NCBI GenBank assembly: GCA_964016885.1
Contig: OZ024742.1
Span: 15,810,001-15,874,000 of the forward strand
Reading direction: 5' to 3'
DNA: 64,000 bases
DNA from: Eledone cirrhosa
Taxonomy: Eukaryota
Each line of letters opens with the position of its first letter. Position 1 is the first letter of the stretch. The notes under the pieces were generated by a model. It had not been told where the DNA came from. It was given only the letters and a program-made list of their open reading frames with translations, and did not search any database. The translations under genes and the position numbers were made by a program. Shown one piece after another: positions 30,001 to 45,000 of this stretch.

Positions 30001-33000
30001 TGTTTAGTATACAGTAGAGACTTTAGGTTTGGATTTGTGTGAGATATTGTTTAGTATACAGTAGAGACTTTAGGTTTGGATTTGTGTGAGATATTGTTTA
30101 GCATACATTAGAGACTTTAGGTTTGGATTTGTGTGAGATATTGTTTAGTATACAGTAGAGACTTTAGGTTTGGATTTGTGTGAGATATTGTTTAGTATAC
30201 ATTAGAGACTTTAGGTTTGGATTTGTGTGAGATATTGTTTAGTATACAGTAGAGACTTAAGTTTTGGATTTGTGTGAGATATTGTTTAGTACACAGTAGA
30301 GACTTTAGTTTTGGATTTGTGTGAGATATTGTTTAGTATACAGTAGAGACTTTAGGTTTCGATTTTTGTGAGATATTGTTTAGTATACAGTAGAGACTTT
30401 AGGTTTCGATTTGTGTGAGATATTGTTTAGTATACAGTAGAGACTTTAGTTTTGGATTTGTGTGAGATATTGTTTAGTACACAGTAGAGACTTTAGGTTT
30501 GGATTTGTGTGAGATATTGTTTAGTATACAGTAGAGACTTTAGGTTTCGATTTGTGTGAGATATTGTTTAGTATACAGTAGAGACTTTAGGTTTGGATTT
30601 GTGTGAGATATTGTTTAGTATACAGTAGAGACTTTAGGTTTCGATTTGTGTGAGATATTGTTTTGTATACAGTAGACACTTTAGGTTTGGATTTGTGTGA
30701 GATATTGTTTTGTATACAGTAGAGACTTTAGGTTTGGATTTGTGTGAGATATTGTTTAGTACACAGTAGAGACTTTAGGTTTGGATTTGTGTGAGATATT
30801 GTTTAGTATACAGTAGAGACTTTAGGTTTGGATTTGTGTGAGATATTGTTTAGTATACAGTAGAGACTTTAGGTTTGGATTTGTGTGAGATATTGTTTAG
30901 TATACAGTAGAGACTTTAGGTTTGGATTTGTGTGAGATATTGTTTAGTATACAGTAGAGACTTTAGGTTTGGATTTGTGTGAGATATTGTTTAGTACACA
31001 TTAGAGACTTTAGGTTTGGATTTGTGTGAGATATTGTTTAGTATACAGTAGAGACTTTAGGGTTGGATTTGTGTGAGCTATTGTTTAGTATACAGTAGAG
31101 ACTTTAGGTTTGGATTTGTGTGAGATATTGTTTAGTATACAGTAGAGACTTTAGGTTTGGATTTGTGTGAGATATTGTTTAGTATACATTAGAGACTTTA
31201 GGTTTGGATTTGTGTGAGATATTGTTTAGTATACACTAGAGACTTTAGGTTTGGATTTGTGTGAGATATTGTTTAGTATACATTAGAGACTTTAGGTTTG
31301 GATTTGTGTGAGATATTGTTTAGTATATAGTAGAGACTTTAGGTTTGGATTTGTGTGAGATATTGTTTAGTACACAGTAGAGACTTTAGGTTTGGATTTG
31401 TGTGAGATATTGTTTAGTATACAGTAGAGACTTTCGGTTTGGATTTGTGTGAGATATTGTTTTGTATACAGTAGAGACTTTAGGTTTGGATTTGTGTGAG
31501 ATATTGTTTAGTATACAGTAGAGACTTTAGGTTTCGATTTGTGTGAGATATTGTTTTGTATACAGTAGAGACTTTAGGTTTGGATTTGTGTGAGATATTG
31601 TTTTGTATACAGTAGAGACTTTAGGTTTGGATTTGTGTGAGATATTGTTTAGTACACAGTAGAGACTTTAGGTTTCGATTTGTGTGAGATATTGTTTAGT
31701 ATACAGTAGAGACTTTAGGTTTGGATTTGTGTGAGATATTGTTTTGTATACAGTAGAGACTTTAGGCTTGGATTTGTCTGAGATATTGTTTAGTACACAG
31801 TAGAGACTTTAGGTTTGGATTTGTGTGAGATATTGTTTAGTATACAGTAGAGACTTTAGGTTTGGATTTGTGTGAGATATTGTTTAGTATACAGTAGAGA
31901 CTTTAGGTTTGGATTTGTGTGAGATATTGTTTAGTATACAGTAGAGACTTTAGGTTTGGATTTGTGTGAGATATTGTTTAGTATACAGTAGAGACTTTAG
32001 GTTTGGATTTGTGTGAGATATTGTTTAGTACACAGTAGAGACTTTAGGTTTCGATTTGTGTGAGATATTGTTTAGTATACAGTAGAGACTTTAGGTTTCG
32101 ATTTGTGTGAGATATTGTTTAGTATACAGTAGAGACTTTAGGTTTGGATTTGTGTGAGATATTGTTTAGTATACAGTAGAGACTTTAGGTTTGGATTTGT
32201 GTGAGATATTGTTTAGTACACAGTAGAGACTTTAGGTTTGGATTTGTGTGAGATATTGTTTAGTATACAGTAGAGACTTTAGGTTTCGATTTGTGTGAGA
32301 TATTGTTTAGTATACCGTAGAGACTTTAGGTTTGGATTTGTGTGAGATATTGTTTTGTATACAGGATAGACTTTAGGTTTGGATTTGTGTGAGATGTTGT
32401 TTTGTATACAGTAGAGACTTTAGGTTTGGATTTGTGTGAGATATTGTTTAGTACACAGTAGAGACTTTAGGTTTGGATTTGTGTGAGATATTGTTTAGTA
32501 TACAGTAGAGACTTTAGGTTTGGATTTGTGTGAGATATTGTTTAGTATACAGTAGAGACTTTAGGTTTGGATTTGTGTGAGATATTGTTTAGTATACAGT
32601 AGAGACTTTAGGTTTGGATTTGTGTGAGATATTGTTTAGTATACAGTAGAGACTTTAGGTTTGGATTTGTGTGAGATATTGTTTAGTACACAGTAGAGAC
32701 TTTAGGTTTGGATTTGTGTGAGATATTGTTTAGTACACAGTAGAGACTTTAGGTTTGGATTTGTGTGAGATATTGTTTAGTATACAGTAGAGACTTTAGG
32801 GTTGGATTTGTGTGAGCTATTGTTTAGTATACAGTAGAGATTTAGGTTTGGATTTGTGTGAGATATTGTTTAGTATACAGTAGAGACTTTAGGTTTGGAT
32901 TTGTGTGAGATATTGTTTAGTATACATTAGAGACTTTAGGTTTGGATTTGTGTGAGATATTGTTTAGTATATAGTAGAGATTTTAGGTTTGGATTTGTGT

Positions 33001-36000
33001 GAGATATTGTTTAGTATACAGTAGAGACTTTAGGTTTCGATTTGTGTGAGATATTGTTTAGTATACAGTAGAGACTTTAGGTTTGGATTTGTGTGAGATA
33101 TTGTTTAGTATACAGTAGAGACTTTAGGTTTGGATTTATGTGAGATATTGTTTAGTATACAGTAGAGACTTAAGTTTTGGATTTGTGTGAGATATTGTTT
33201 AGTATACAGTAGAGACTTTAGGGTTGGATTTGTGTGAGATATTGTTTAGTATACAGTAGAGACTTTAGGTTTGGATTTGTGTGAGATATTGTTTAGTATA
33301 CAGTAGAGACTTTAGGTTTGGATTTGTGTGAGATATTGTTTTGTATACAGTAGAGACTTTAGGTTTGGATTTGTGTGAGATATTGTTTAGTACACAGTAG
33401 AGACTTTAGGTTTGGATTTGTGTGAGATATTGTTTAGTATACAGTAGAGACTTTAGGTTTGGATTTGTGTGAGATATTGTTTAGTATACAGTAGAGACTT
33501 TAGGTTTGGATTTGTGTGAGATATTGTTTAGTACACAGTAGAGACTTTAGGTTTGGATTTGTGTGAGATATTGTTTAGTATACAGTAGAGACTTTAGGTT
33601 TCGATTTGTGTGAGATATTGTTTAGTATACCGTAGAGACTTTAGGTTTGGATTTGTGTGAGATATTGTTTAGTATACAGTAGAGACTTTAGGTTTGGATT
33701 TGTGTGAGATATTGTTTTGTATACAGGATAGACTTTAGGTTTGGATTTGTGTGAGATGTTGTTTTGTATACAGTAGAGACTTTAGGTTTGGATTTGTGTG
33801 AGATATTGTTTAGTACACAGTAGAGACTTTAGGTTTGGATTTGTGTGAGATATTGTTTAGTATACAGTAGAGACTTTAGGTTTGGATTTGTGTGAGATAT
33901 TGTTTAGTATACAGTAGAGACTTTAGGTTTGGATTTGTGTGAGATATTGTTTAGTATACAGTAGAGACTTTAGGTTTGGATTTGTGTGAGATATTGTTTA
34001 GTATACAGTAGAGACTTTAGGTTTGGATTTGTGTGAGATATTGTTTAGTACACAGTAGAGACTTTAGGTTTGGATTTGTGTGAGATATTGTTTAGTATAC
34101 AGTAGAGACTTTAGGGTTGGATTTGTGTGAGCTATTGTTTAGTATACAGTAGAGATTTAGGTTTGGATTTGTGTGAGATATTGTTTAGTATACAGTAGAG
34201 ACTTTAGGTTTGGATTTGTGTGAGATATTGTTTAGTATACATTAGAGACTTTAGGTTTGGATGTGTGAGATATTGTTTAGTATATAGTAGAGATTTTAGG
34301 TTTGGATTTGTGTGAGATATTGTTTAGTATACAGTAGAGACTTTAGGTTTCGATTTGTGTGAGATATTGTTTAGTATACAGTAGAGACTTTAGGTTTGGA
34401 TTTGTGTGAGATATTGTTTAGTATACAGTAGAGACTTTAGGTTTGGATTTATGTGAGATATTGTTTAGTATACAGTAGAGACTTAAGTTTTGGATTTGTG
34501 TGAGATATTGTTTAGTATACAGTAGAGACTTTAGGGTTGGATTTGTGTGAGATATTGTTTAGTATACAGTAGAGACTTTAGGTTTGGATTTGTGTGAGAT
34601 ATTGTTTAGTATACAGTAGAGACTTTAGGTTTGGATTTGTGTGAGATATTGTTTTGTATACAGTAGAGACTTTAGGTTTGGATTTGTGTGAGATATTGTT
34701 TAGTACACAGTACAGACTTTAGGTTTGGATTTGTGTGAGATATTGTTTAGTATACAGTAGAGACTTTAGGTTTGGATTTGTGTGAGATATTGTTTAGTAT
34801 ACAGTAGAGACTTTAGGTTTGGATTTGTGTGAGATATTGTTTAGTACACAGTAGAGACTTTAGGTTTGGATTTGTGTGAGATATTGTTTAGTATACAGTA
34901 GAGACTTTAGGGTTGGATTTGTGTGAGATATTGTTTAGTATACAGTAGAGACTTTAGGTTTGGATTTGTGTGAGATATTGTTGAGTATACAGTAGAGACT
35001 TTAGGTTTGGATTTGTGTGAGATATTGTTTAGTATACAGTAGAGACTTTAGGTTTGGATTTGTGTGAGATATTGTTTAGTATATAGTAGAGACTTTAGGT
35101 TTGGATTTGTGTGAGATATTGTTTAGTATACAGTAGAGACTTTAGGTTTCGATTTGTGTGAGATATTGTTTAGTATACAGTAGAGACTTTAGGTTTGGAT
35201 TTGTGTGAGATATTGTTTAGTATACAGTAGAGACTTTATGTTTGGATTTGTGTGAGATATTGTTTAGTATACAGTAGAGACTTTAGGTTTGTATTTGTGT
35301 GTCATATTGTTTAGTACACAGTAGAGGCTTTAGGTTTGGATTTGTGTGAGATATTGTTTAGTATACAGTAGAGACTTTAGGTTTGGATTTGTGTGAGATA
35401 TTGTTTAGTATACAGTAGAGACTTTAGGTTTGCATTTGTGTGAGATATTGTTTAGTACACATTAGAGACTTTAGGTTTGGATTTGTGTGAGATATTGTTT
35501 AGTATACAGTAGAGACTTTAGGGTTGGATTTGTGTGAGCTATTGTTTAGTATACAGTAGAGACTTTAGGTTTGGATTTGTGTGAGATATTGTTTAGTATA
35601 CAGTAGAGACTTTAGGTTTGGATTTGTGTGAGATATTGTTTAGTATACATTAGAGACTTTAGGTTTGGATTTGTGTGAGATATTGTTTAGTATACAGTAG
35701 AGACTTTAGGTTTGGATTTGTGTGAGATATTGTTTAGTATACAGTAGAGACTTTAGGTTTGGATTTGTGTGAGATATTGTTTAGTACACATTAGAGACTT
35801 TAGGTTTGGATTTGTGTGAGATATTGTTTAGTATACAGTAGAGACTTTAGGGTTGGATTTGTGCGAGCTATTGTTTAGTATACAGTAGAGACTTTAGGTT
35901 TGGATTTGTGTGAGATATTGTTTAGTATACAGTAGAGACTTTAGGTTTGGATTTGCGTGAGATATTGTTTAGTATACATTAGAGACTTTAGGTTTGGATT

Positions 36001-39000
36001 TGTGTGAGATATTGTTTAGTATACATTAGAGACTTTAGGTTTGGATTTGTGTGAGATATTGTTTAGTATATAGTAGAGACTTTAGGTTTGGATTTGTGTG
36101 AGATATTGTTTAGTACACAGTAGAGACTTTAGGTTTGGATTTGTGTGAGATATTGTTTAGTATACAGTAGAGACTTTCGGTTTGGATTTGTGTGAGATAT
36201 TGTTTTGTATACAGTAGAGACTTTAGGTTTGGATTTGTGTGAGATATTGTTTAGTATACAGTAGAGACTTTAGGTTTCGATTTGTGTGAGATATTGTTTT
36301 GTATACAGTAGAGACTTTAGGTTTGGATTTGTGTGAGATATTGTTTTGTATACAGTAGAGACTTTAGGTTTGGATTTGTGTGAGATATTGTTTAGTACAC
36401 AGTAGAGACTTTAGGTTTCGATTTGTGTGAGATATTGTTTAGTATACAGTAGAGACTTTAGGTTTGGATTTGTGTGAGATATTGTTTTGTATACAGTAGA
36501 GACTTTAGGCTTGGATTTGTCTGAGATATTGTTTAGTACACAGTAGAGACTTTAGGTTTGGATTTGTGTGAGATATTGTTTAGTATACAGTAGAGACTTT
36601 AGGTTTGGATTTGTGTGAGATATTGTTTAGTATACAGTAGAGACTTTAGGTTTGGATTTGTGTGAGATATTGTTTAGTATACAGTAGAGACTTTAGGTTT
36701 GGATTTGTGTGAGATATTGTTTAGTATACAGTAGAGACTTTAGGTTTGGATTTGTGTGAGATATTGTTTAGTACACAGTAGAGACTTTAGGTTTGGATTT
36801 GTGTGAGATATTGTTTAGTATACAGTAGAGACTTTAGGTTTCGATTTGTGTGAGATATTGTTTAGTATACAGTAGAGACTTTAGGTTTGGATTTGTGTGA
36901 GATATTGTTTAGTATACAGTAGAGACTTTAGGTTTGGATTTGTGTGAGATATTGTTTAGTACACAGTAGAGACTTTAGGTTTGGATTTGTGTGAGATATT
37001 GTTTAGTATACAGTAGAGACTTTAGGTTTCGATTTGTGTGAGATATTGTTTAGTATACCGTAGAGACTTTAGGTTTGGATTTGTGTGAGATATTGTTTAG
37101 TATACAGTAGAGACTTTAGGTTTGGATTTGTGTGAGATATTGTTTTGTATACAGGATAGACTTTAGGTTTGGATTTGTGTGAGATGTTGTTTTGTATACA
37201 GTAGAGACTTTAGGTTTGGATTTGTGTGAGATATTGTTTAGTACACAGTAGAGACTTTAGGTTTGGATTTGTGTGAGATATTGTTTAGTATACAGTAGAG
37301 ACTTTAGGTTTGGATTTGTGTGAGATATTGTTTAGTATACAGTAGAGACTTTAGGTTTGGATTTGTGTGAGATATTGTTTAGTACACAGTAGAGACTTTA
37401 GGTTTGGATTTGTGTGAGATATTGTTTAGTATACAGTAGAGACTTTAGGGTTGGATTTGTGTGAGCTATTGTTTAGTATACAGTAGAGATTTAGGTTTGG
37501 ATTTGTGTGAGATATTGTTTAGTATACAGTAGAGACTTTAGGTTTGTATTTGTGTGTCATATTGTTTAGTACACAGTAGAGGCTTTAGGTTTGGATTTGT
37601 GTGAGATATTGTTTAGTATACAGTAGAGACTTTAGGTTTGGATTTGTGTGAGATATTTTTTAGTATACAGTAGAGACTCTATTTTTGGAATTGTGTGAGA
37701 TATTGTTTAGTATACAGTAGAGACTTTAGGTTTCGATTTGTGTGAGATATTGTTTAGTATACAGTAGAGACTTTAGGTTTGGATTTGTGTGAGATATTGT
37801 TTAGTATACAGTAGAGACTTTAGGTTTGGATTTGTGTGAGATATTGTTTAGTACACAGTAGAGACTTTAGGTTTGGATTTGTGTGAGATATTGTTTAGTA
37901 TACAGTAGAGACTTTAGGTTTCGATTTGTGTGAGATATTGTTTAGTATACCGTAGAGACTTTAGGTTTGGATTTGTGTGAGATATTGTTTAGTATACAGT
38001 AGAGACTTTAGGTTTGGATTTGTGTGAGATATTGTTTTGTATACAGTAGAGACTTTAGGTTTGGATTTGTGTGAGATATTGTTTTGTATACAGTAGGGAC
38101 TTTAGGTTTGGATTTGTGTGAGATATTGTTTAGTACACAGTAGAGACTTTAGGTTTGGATTTGTGTGAGATATTGTTTAGTATACAGTAGAGACTTTAGG
38201 TTTGGATTTGTGTGAGATATTGTTTAGTATACAGTAGAGACTTTAGGTTTGGATTTGTGTGAGATATTGTTTAGTATACAGTAGAGACTTTAGGTTTGGA
38301 TTTGTGTGAGATATTGTTTAGTATACAGTAGAGACTTTAGGTTTGGATTTGTGTGAGATATTGTTTAGTACACAGTAGAGACTTTAGGTTTGGATTTGTG
38401 TGAGATATTGTTTAGTATACAGTAGAGACTTTAGGTTTGGATTTGTGTGAGATATTGTTTTGTATACAGTAGAGACTTTAGGTTTGGATTTGTGTGAGAT
38501 ATTTTTTAGTATACAGTAGAGACTCTATTTTTGGAATTGTGTGAGATATTGTTTAGTATACAGTAGAGACTTTAGGTTTCGATTTGTGTGAGATATTGTT
38601 TAGTATACAGTAGAGACTTTAGGTTTGGATTTGTGTGAGATATTGTTTAGTATACAGTAGAGACTTTAGGTTTGGATTTGTGTGAGATATTGTTTAGTAT
38701 ACAGTAGAGACGTTAGGTTTGGATTTGTGTGAGATATTGTTTAGTATACAGTAGAGACTTTAGGGTTGGATTTGTGTGAGCTATTGTTTAGTATACAGTA
38801 GAGACTTTAGGGTTGGATTTGTGTGAGATATTGTTTAGTATACAGTAGAGACTTTAGGGTTGGATTTGTGTGAGCTATTGTTTAGTATACAGTAGAGACT
38901 TTAGGTTTGGATTTGTGTGAGATATTGTTTAGTACACAGTAGAGACTTTAGGTTTGGATTTGTGTGAGATATTGTTTAGTATACAGTAGAGACTTTAGGT

Positions 39001-42000
39001 TTGGATTTGTGTGAGATATTGTTTAGTATACAGTAGAGACTTTAGGTTTGGATTTGTGTGAGATATTGTTTAGTATACAGTAGAGACTTTAGGTTTGGAT
39101 TTGTGTGAGATATTGTTTAGTATACAGTAGAGACTCTAGGTTTGGATTTGTGTGAGATATTGTTTAGTACACAGTAGAGACTTTAGGTTTGGATTTGTGT
39201 GAGATATTGTTTAGTATACAGTAGAGACGTTAGGTTTGGATTTGTGTGAGATATTGTTTAGTATACAGTAGAGACTTTAGGGTTGGATTTTGTGAGCTAT
39301 TGTTTAGTATACAGTAGAGACTTTAGGGTTGGATTTGTGTGAGATATTGTTTAGTATACAGTAGAGACTTTAGGTTTGGATTTGTGTGAGATATTGTTTA
39401 GTATACAGTAGAGACGTTAGGTTTGGATTTGTGTGAGATATTGTTTAGTATACAGTAGAGACTTTAGGTTTGGATTTGTGTGAGATATTGTTTAGTATAC
39501 AGTAGAGACTCTAGGTTTGGATTTGTGTGAGATATTGTTTAGTACACAGTAGGGACTTTAGGTTTGGATTTGTGTGAGATATTGTTTAGTACACAGTAGA
39601 GACTTTAGGTTTGGATTTGTGTGAGATATTGTTTAGTATACAGTAGAGACTTTAGGTTTGGATTTGTGTGAGATATTGTTTAGTATACAGTAGAGACTTT
39701 AGGTTTGGATTTGTGTGAGATATTGTTTAGTATACAGTAGAGACTTTAGGTTTGGATTTGTGTGAGATATTGTTTTGTATACAGTAGAGACTTTAGGTTT
39801 GGATTTGTGTGAGATATTGTTTAGTACACAGTAGAGACTTTAGGTTTGGATTTGTGTGAGATATTGTTTAGTATACAGTAGAGACGTTAGGTTTGGATTT
39901 GTGTGAGATATTGTTTAGTATACAGTAGAGACTTTAGGTTTGGATTTGTGTGAGATATTGTTTAGTACACAGTAGAGACTTTAGGTTTGGATTTGTGTGA
40001 GATATTGTTTAGTATACAGTAGAGACTTTAGGTTTGGATTTGTGTGAGATATTGTTTTGTATACAGTAGAGACTTTAGGTTTGGATTTGTGTGAGATATT
40101 GTTTAGTACACAGTAGAGACTTTAGGTTTGGATTTGTGTGAGATATTGTTTAGTATATAGTAGAGACTTTAGGTTTGGATTTGTGTGAGATATTGTTTAG
40201 TATACAGTAGAGACTTTAGATTTCGATTTTTGTGAGATATTGTTTAGTATACAGTAGAGACTTTAGGTTTGGATTTGTGTGAGATATTGTTTAGTATACA
40301 GTAGAGACTTTAGGTTTGGATTTGTGTGAGATATTGTTTAGTATACAGTAGAGACTTAAGTTTTGGATTTGTGTGAGATATTGTTTAGTATACAGTAGAG
40401 ACTTTAGGGTTGGATTTGTGTGAGATATTGTTTAGTATACAGTAGAGACTTTAGGTTTGGATTTGTGTGAGATATTGTTTAGTATACAGTAGAGACTTTA
40501 GGTTTGGATTTGTGTGAGATATTATTTAGTATACAGTAGAGACTTTAGGTTTGGATTTGTGTGAGATATTGTTTAGTACACAGTAGAGACTTTAGGTTTG
40601 GATTTGTGTGAGATATTGTTTAGTATACAGTAGAGACTTTAGGGTTGGATTTGTGTGAGCTATTGTTTAGTATACAGTAGAGACTTTAGGTTTGGATTTG
40701 TTTGAGATATTGTTTAGTATACAGTAGAGATTTTAGGTTTGGATTTGTGTGAGATATTGTTTAGTATACAGTAGAGACTTTAGGTTTGGATTTGTGTGAG
40801 ATATTGTTTAGTATACAGTAGAGACTTTAGGTTTGGATTTGTGTGAGATATTGTTTTGTATACAGTAGAGACTTTAGGTTTGGATTTGTGTGAGATATTG
40901 TTTAGTACACAGTAGAGACTTTAGGTTTGGATTTGTGTGAGATATTGTTTAGTATACAGTAGAGACGTTAGGTTTGGATTTGTGTGAGATATTGTTTAGT
41001 ATACAGTAGAGACTTTAGGTTTGGATTTGTGTGAGATATTGTTTAGTACACAGTAGAGACTTTAGGTTTGGATTTGTGTGAGATATTGTTTAGTATACAG
41101 TAGAGACTTTAGGTTTGGATTTGTGTGAGATATTGTTTAGTATACAGTAGAGACTTTAGGTTTGGATTTGTGTGAGATATTGTTTAGTATACAGTAGAGA
41201 CTTTAGGTTTCGATTTGTGTGAGATATTGTTTAGTATACCGTAGAGACTTTAGGTTTGGATTTGTGTGAGATATTGTTTAGTATACAGTAGAGACTTTAG
41301 GTTTGGATTTGTGTGAGATATTGTTTTGTATACAGTAGAGACTTTAGGTTTGGATTTGTGTGAGATATTGTTTTGTATACAGAAGAGACTTTAGGTTTGG
41401 ATTTGTGTGAGATATTGTTTAGTACACAGTAGAGACTTTAGGTTTGGATTTGTGTGAGATATTGTTTTGTATACAGTAGAGACTTTAGGTTTGGATTTGT
41501 GTGAGATATTGTTTAGTATACAGTAGAGACTCTAGGTTTGGATTTGTGTGAGATATTGTTTAGTATACAGTCGAGACTTTAGGTTTGGATTTGTGTGAGA
41601 TATTGTTTAGTATACAGTAGAGACTCTAGGTTTGGATTTGTGTGAGATATTGTTTAGTACACAGTAGAGACTTTAGGTTTGGATTTGTGTGAGATATTGT
41701 TTAGTATACAGTAGAGACTTTAGGGTTGGATTTGTGTGAGCTATTGTTTAGTATACAGTAGAGACTTTAGGTTTGGATTTGTGTGAGATATTGTTTTGTA
41801 TACAGTAGAGACTTTAGGTTTGGATTTGTGTGAGATATTGTTAAGTATACATTAGAGACTTTAGGTTTGGATTTGTGTGAGATATTGTTTAGTATATAGT
41901 AGAGACTTTAGGTTTGGATTTGTGTGAGATATTGTTTAGTATACAGTAGAGACTTAAGTTTTGGATTTGTGTGAGATATTGTTTAGTATACAGTAGAGAC

Positions 42001-45000
42001 TTTAGGGTTGGATTTGTGTGAGATATTGTTTAGTATACAGTAGAGACTTTAGGTTTGGATTTGTGTGAGATATTGTTTAGTATACAGTAGAGACTTTAGG
42101 TTTGGATTTGTGTGAGATATTGTTTAGTATACAGTAGAGACTTTAGGGTTGGATTTGTGTGAGCTATTGTTTAGTATACAGTAGAGACTTTAGGTTTGGA
42201 TTTGTGTGAGATATTGTTTAGTATACAGTAGAGACTTTAGGTTTGGATTTGTGTGTGATATTGTTTAGTATACATTAGAGACTTTAGGTTTGGATTTGTG
42301 TGAGATATTGTTTAGTATATAGTAGAGACTTTAGGTTTGGATTTGTGTGAGATATTGTTTAGTATACAGTAGAGACTTTAGGTTTGGATTTGTGTGAGAT
42401 ATTGTTTAGTATACAGTAGAGACTTTAGGTTTCGATTTGTGTGAGATATTGTTTAGTATACCGTAGAGACTTTAGGTTTGGATTTGTGTGAGATATTGTT
42501 TAGTATACAGTAGAGACTTTAGGTTTGGATTTGTGTGAGATATTGTTTTGTATACAGTAGAGACTTTAGGTTTGGATTTGTGTGAGATATTGTTTTGTAT
42601 ACAGTAGAGACTTTAGGTTTGGATTTGTGTGAGATATTGTTTAGTACACAGTAGAGACTTTAGGTTTGGATTTGTGTGAGATATTGTTTAGTATACAGTA
42701 GAGACTTTAGGTTTGGATTTGTGTGAGATATTGTTTAGTATACAGTAGAGACTTTAGGTTTGGATTTGTGTGAGAATTTGTTTAGTATACAGTAGAGACT
42801 TTAGGTTTGGATTTGTGTGAGATATTGTTTAGTATACAGTAGAGACTCTAGGTTTGGATTTGTGTGAGATATTGTTTAGTACACAGTAGAGACTTTAGGT
42901 TTGGATTTGTGTGAGATATTGTTTAGTATACAGTAGAGACTTTAGGTTTGGATTTGTGTGAGATATTGTTTTGTATACAGTAGAGACTTTAGGTTTGGAT
43001 TTGTGTGAGATATTGTTTTGTATACAGTAGAGACTTTAGGTTTGTATTTGTGTGAGATATTGTTTAGTACACAGTAGAGACTTTAGGTTTGGATTTGTGT
43101 GAGATATTGTTTAGTATACAGTAGAGACTTTAGGTTTGGATTTGTGTGAGATATTGTTTAGTATACAGTAGAGACTTTAGGTTTGGATTTGTGTGAGATA
43201 TTGTTTAGTATACAGTAGAGACTTTAGGTTTGGATTTGTGTGAGATATTGTTTAGTATACAGTAGAGACTCTAGGTTTGGATTTGTGTGAGATATTGTTT
43301 AGTACACAGTAGAGACTTTAGGTTTGGATTTGTGTGAGATATTGTTTAGTATACAGTAGAGACTTTAGGGTTGGATTTGTGGGAGCTATTGTTTAGTATA
43401 CAGTAGAGACTTTAGGTTTGGATTTGTGTGAGATATTGTTTTGTATACAGTAGAGACTTTAGGTTTGGATTTGTGTGAGATATTGTTTTGTATACAGAAG
43501 AGACTTTAGGTTTGGATTTGTGTGAGATATTGTTTAGTACACAGTAGAGACTTTAGGTTTGGATTTGTGTGAGATATTGTTTTGTATACAGTAGAGACTT
43601 TAGGTTTGGATTTGTGTGAGATATTGTTTAGTATACAGTAGAGACTCTAGGTTTGGATTTGTGTGAGATATTGTTTAGTATACAGTCGAGACTTTAGGTT
43701 TGGATTTGTGTGAGATATTGTTTAGTATACAGTAGAGACTCTAGGTTTGGATTTGTGTGAGATATTGTTTAGTACACAGTAGAGACTTTAGGTTTGGATT
43801 TGTGTGAGATATTGTTTAGTATACAGTAGAGACTTTAGGGTTGGATTTGTGTGAGCTATTGTTTAGTATACAGTAGAGACTTTAGGTTTGGATTTGTGTG
43901 AGATATTGTTTTGTATACAGTAGAGACTTTAGGTTTGGATTTGTGTGAGATATTGTTAAGTATACATTAGAGACTTTAGGTTTGGATTTGTGTGAGATAT
44001 TGTTTAGTATATAGTAGAGACTTTACGTTTGGATTTGTGTGAGATATTGTTTAGTATACAGTAGAGACTTAAGTTTTGGATTTGTGTGAGATATTGTTTA
44101 GTATACAGTAGAGACTTTAGGGTTGGATTTGTGTGAGATATTGTTTAGTATACAGTAGAGACTTTAGGTTTGGATTTGTGTGAGATATTGTTTAGTATAC
44201 AGTAGAGACTTTAGGTTTGGATTTGTGTGAGATATTGTTTAGTATACAGTAGAGACTTTAGGGTTGGATTTGTGTGAGCTATTGTTTAGTATACAGTAGA
44301 GACTTTAGGTTTGGATTTGTGTGAGATATTGTTTAGTATACAGTAGAGACTTTAGGTTTGGATTTGTGTGTGATATTGTTTAGTATACATTAGAGACTTT
44401 AGGTTTGGATTTGTGTGAGATATTGTTTAGTATATAGTAGAGACTTTAGGTTTGGATTTGTGTGAGATATTGTTTAGTATACAGTAGAGACTTTAGGTTT
44501 GGATTTGTGTGAGATATTGTTTAGTATACAGTAGAGACTTTAGGTTTCGATTTGTGTGAGATATTGTTTAGTATACCGTAGAGACTTTAGGTTTGGATTT
44601 GTGTGAGATATTGTTTAGTATACAGTAGAGACTTTAGGTTTGGATTTGTGTGAGATATTGTTTTGTATACAGTAGAGACTTTAGGTTTGGATTTGTGTGA
44701 GATATTGTTTTGTATACAGTAGAGACTTTAGGTTTGGATTTGTGTGAGATATTGTTTAGTACACAGTAGAGACTTTAGGTTTGGATTTGTGTGAGATATT
44801 GTTTAGTATACAGTAGAGACTTTAGGTTTGGATTTGTGTGAGATATTGTTTAGTATACAGTAGAGACTTTAGGTTTGGATTTGTGTGAGAATTTGTTTAG
44901 TATACAGTAGAGACTTTAGGTTTGGATTTGTGTGAGATATTGTTTAGTATACAGTAGAGACTCTAGGTTTGGATTTGTGTGAGATATTGTTTAGTACACA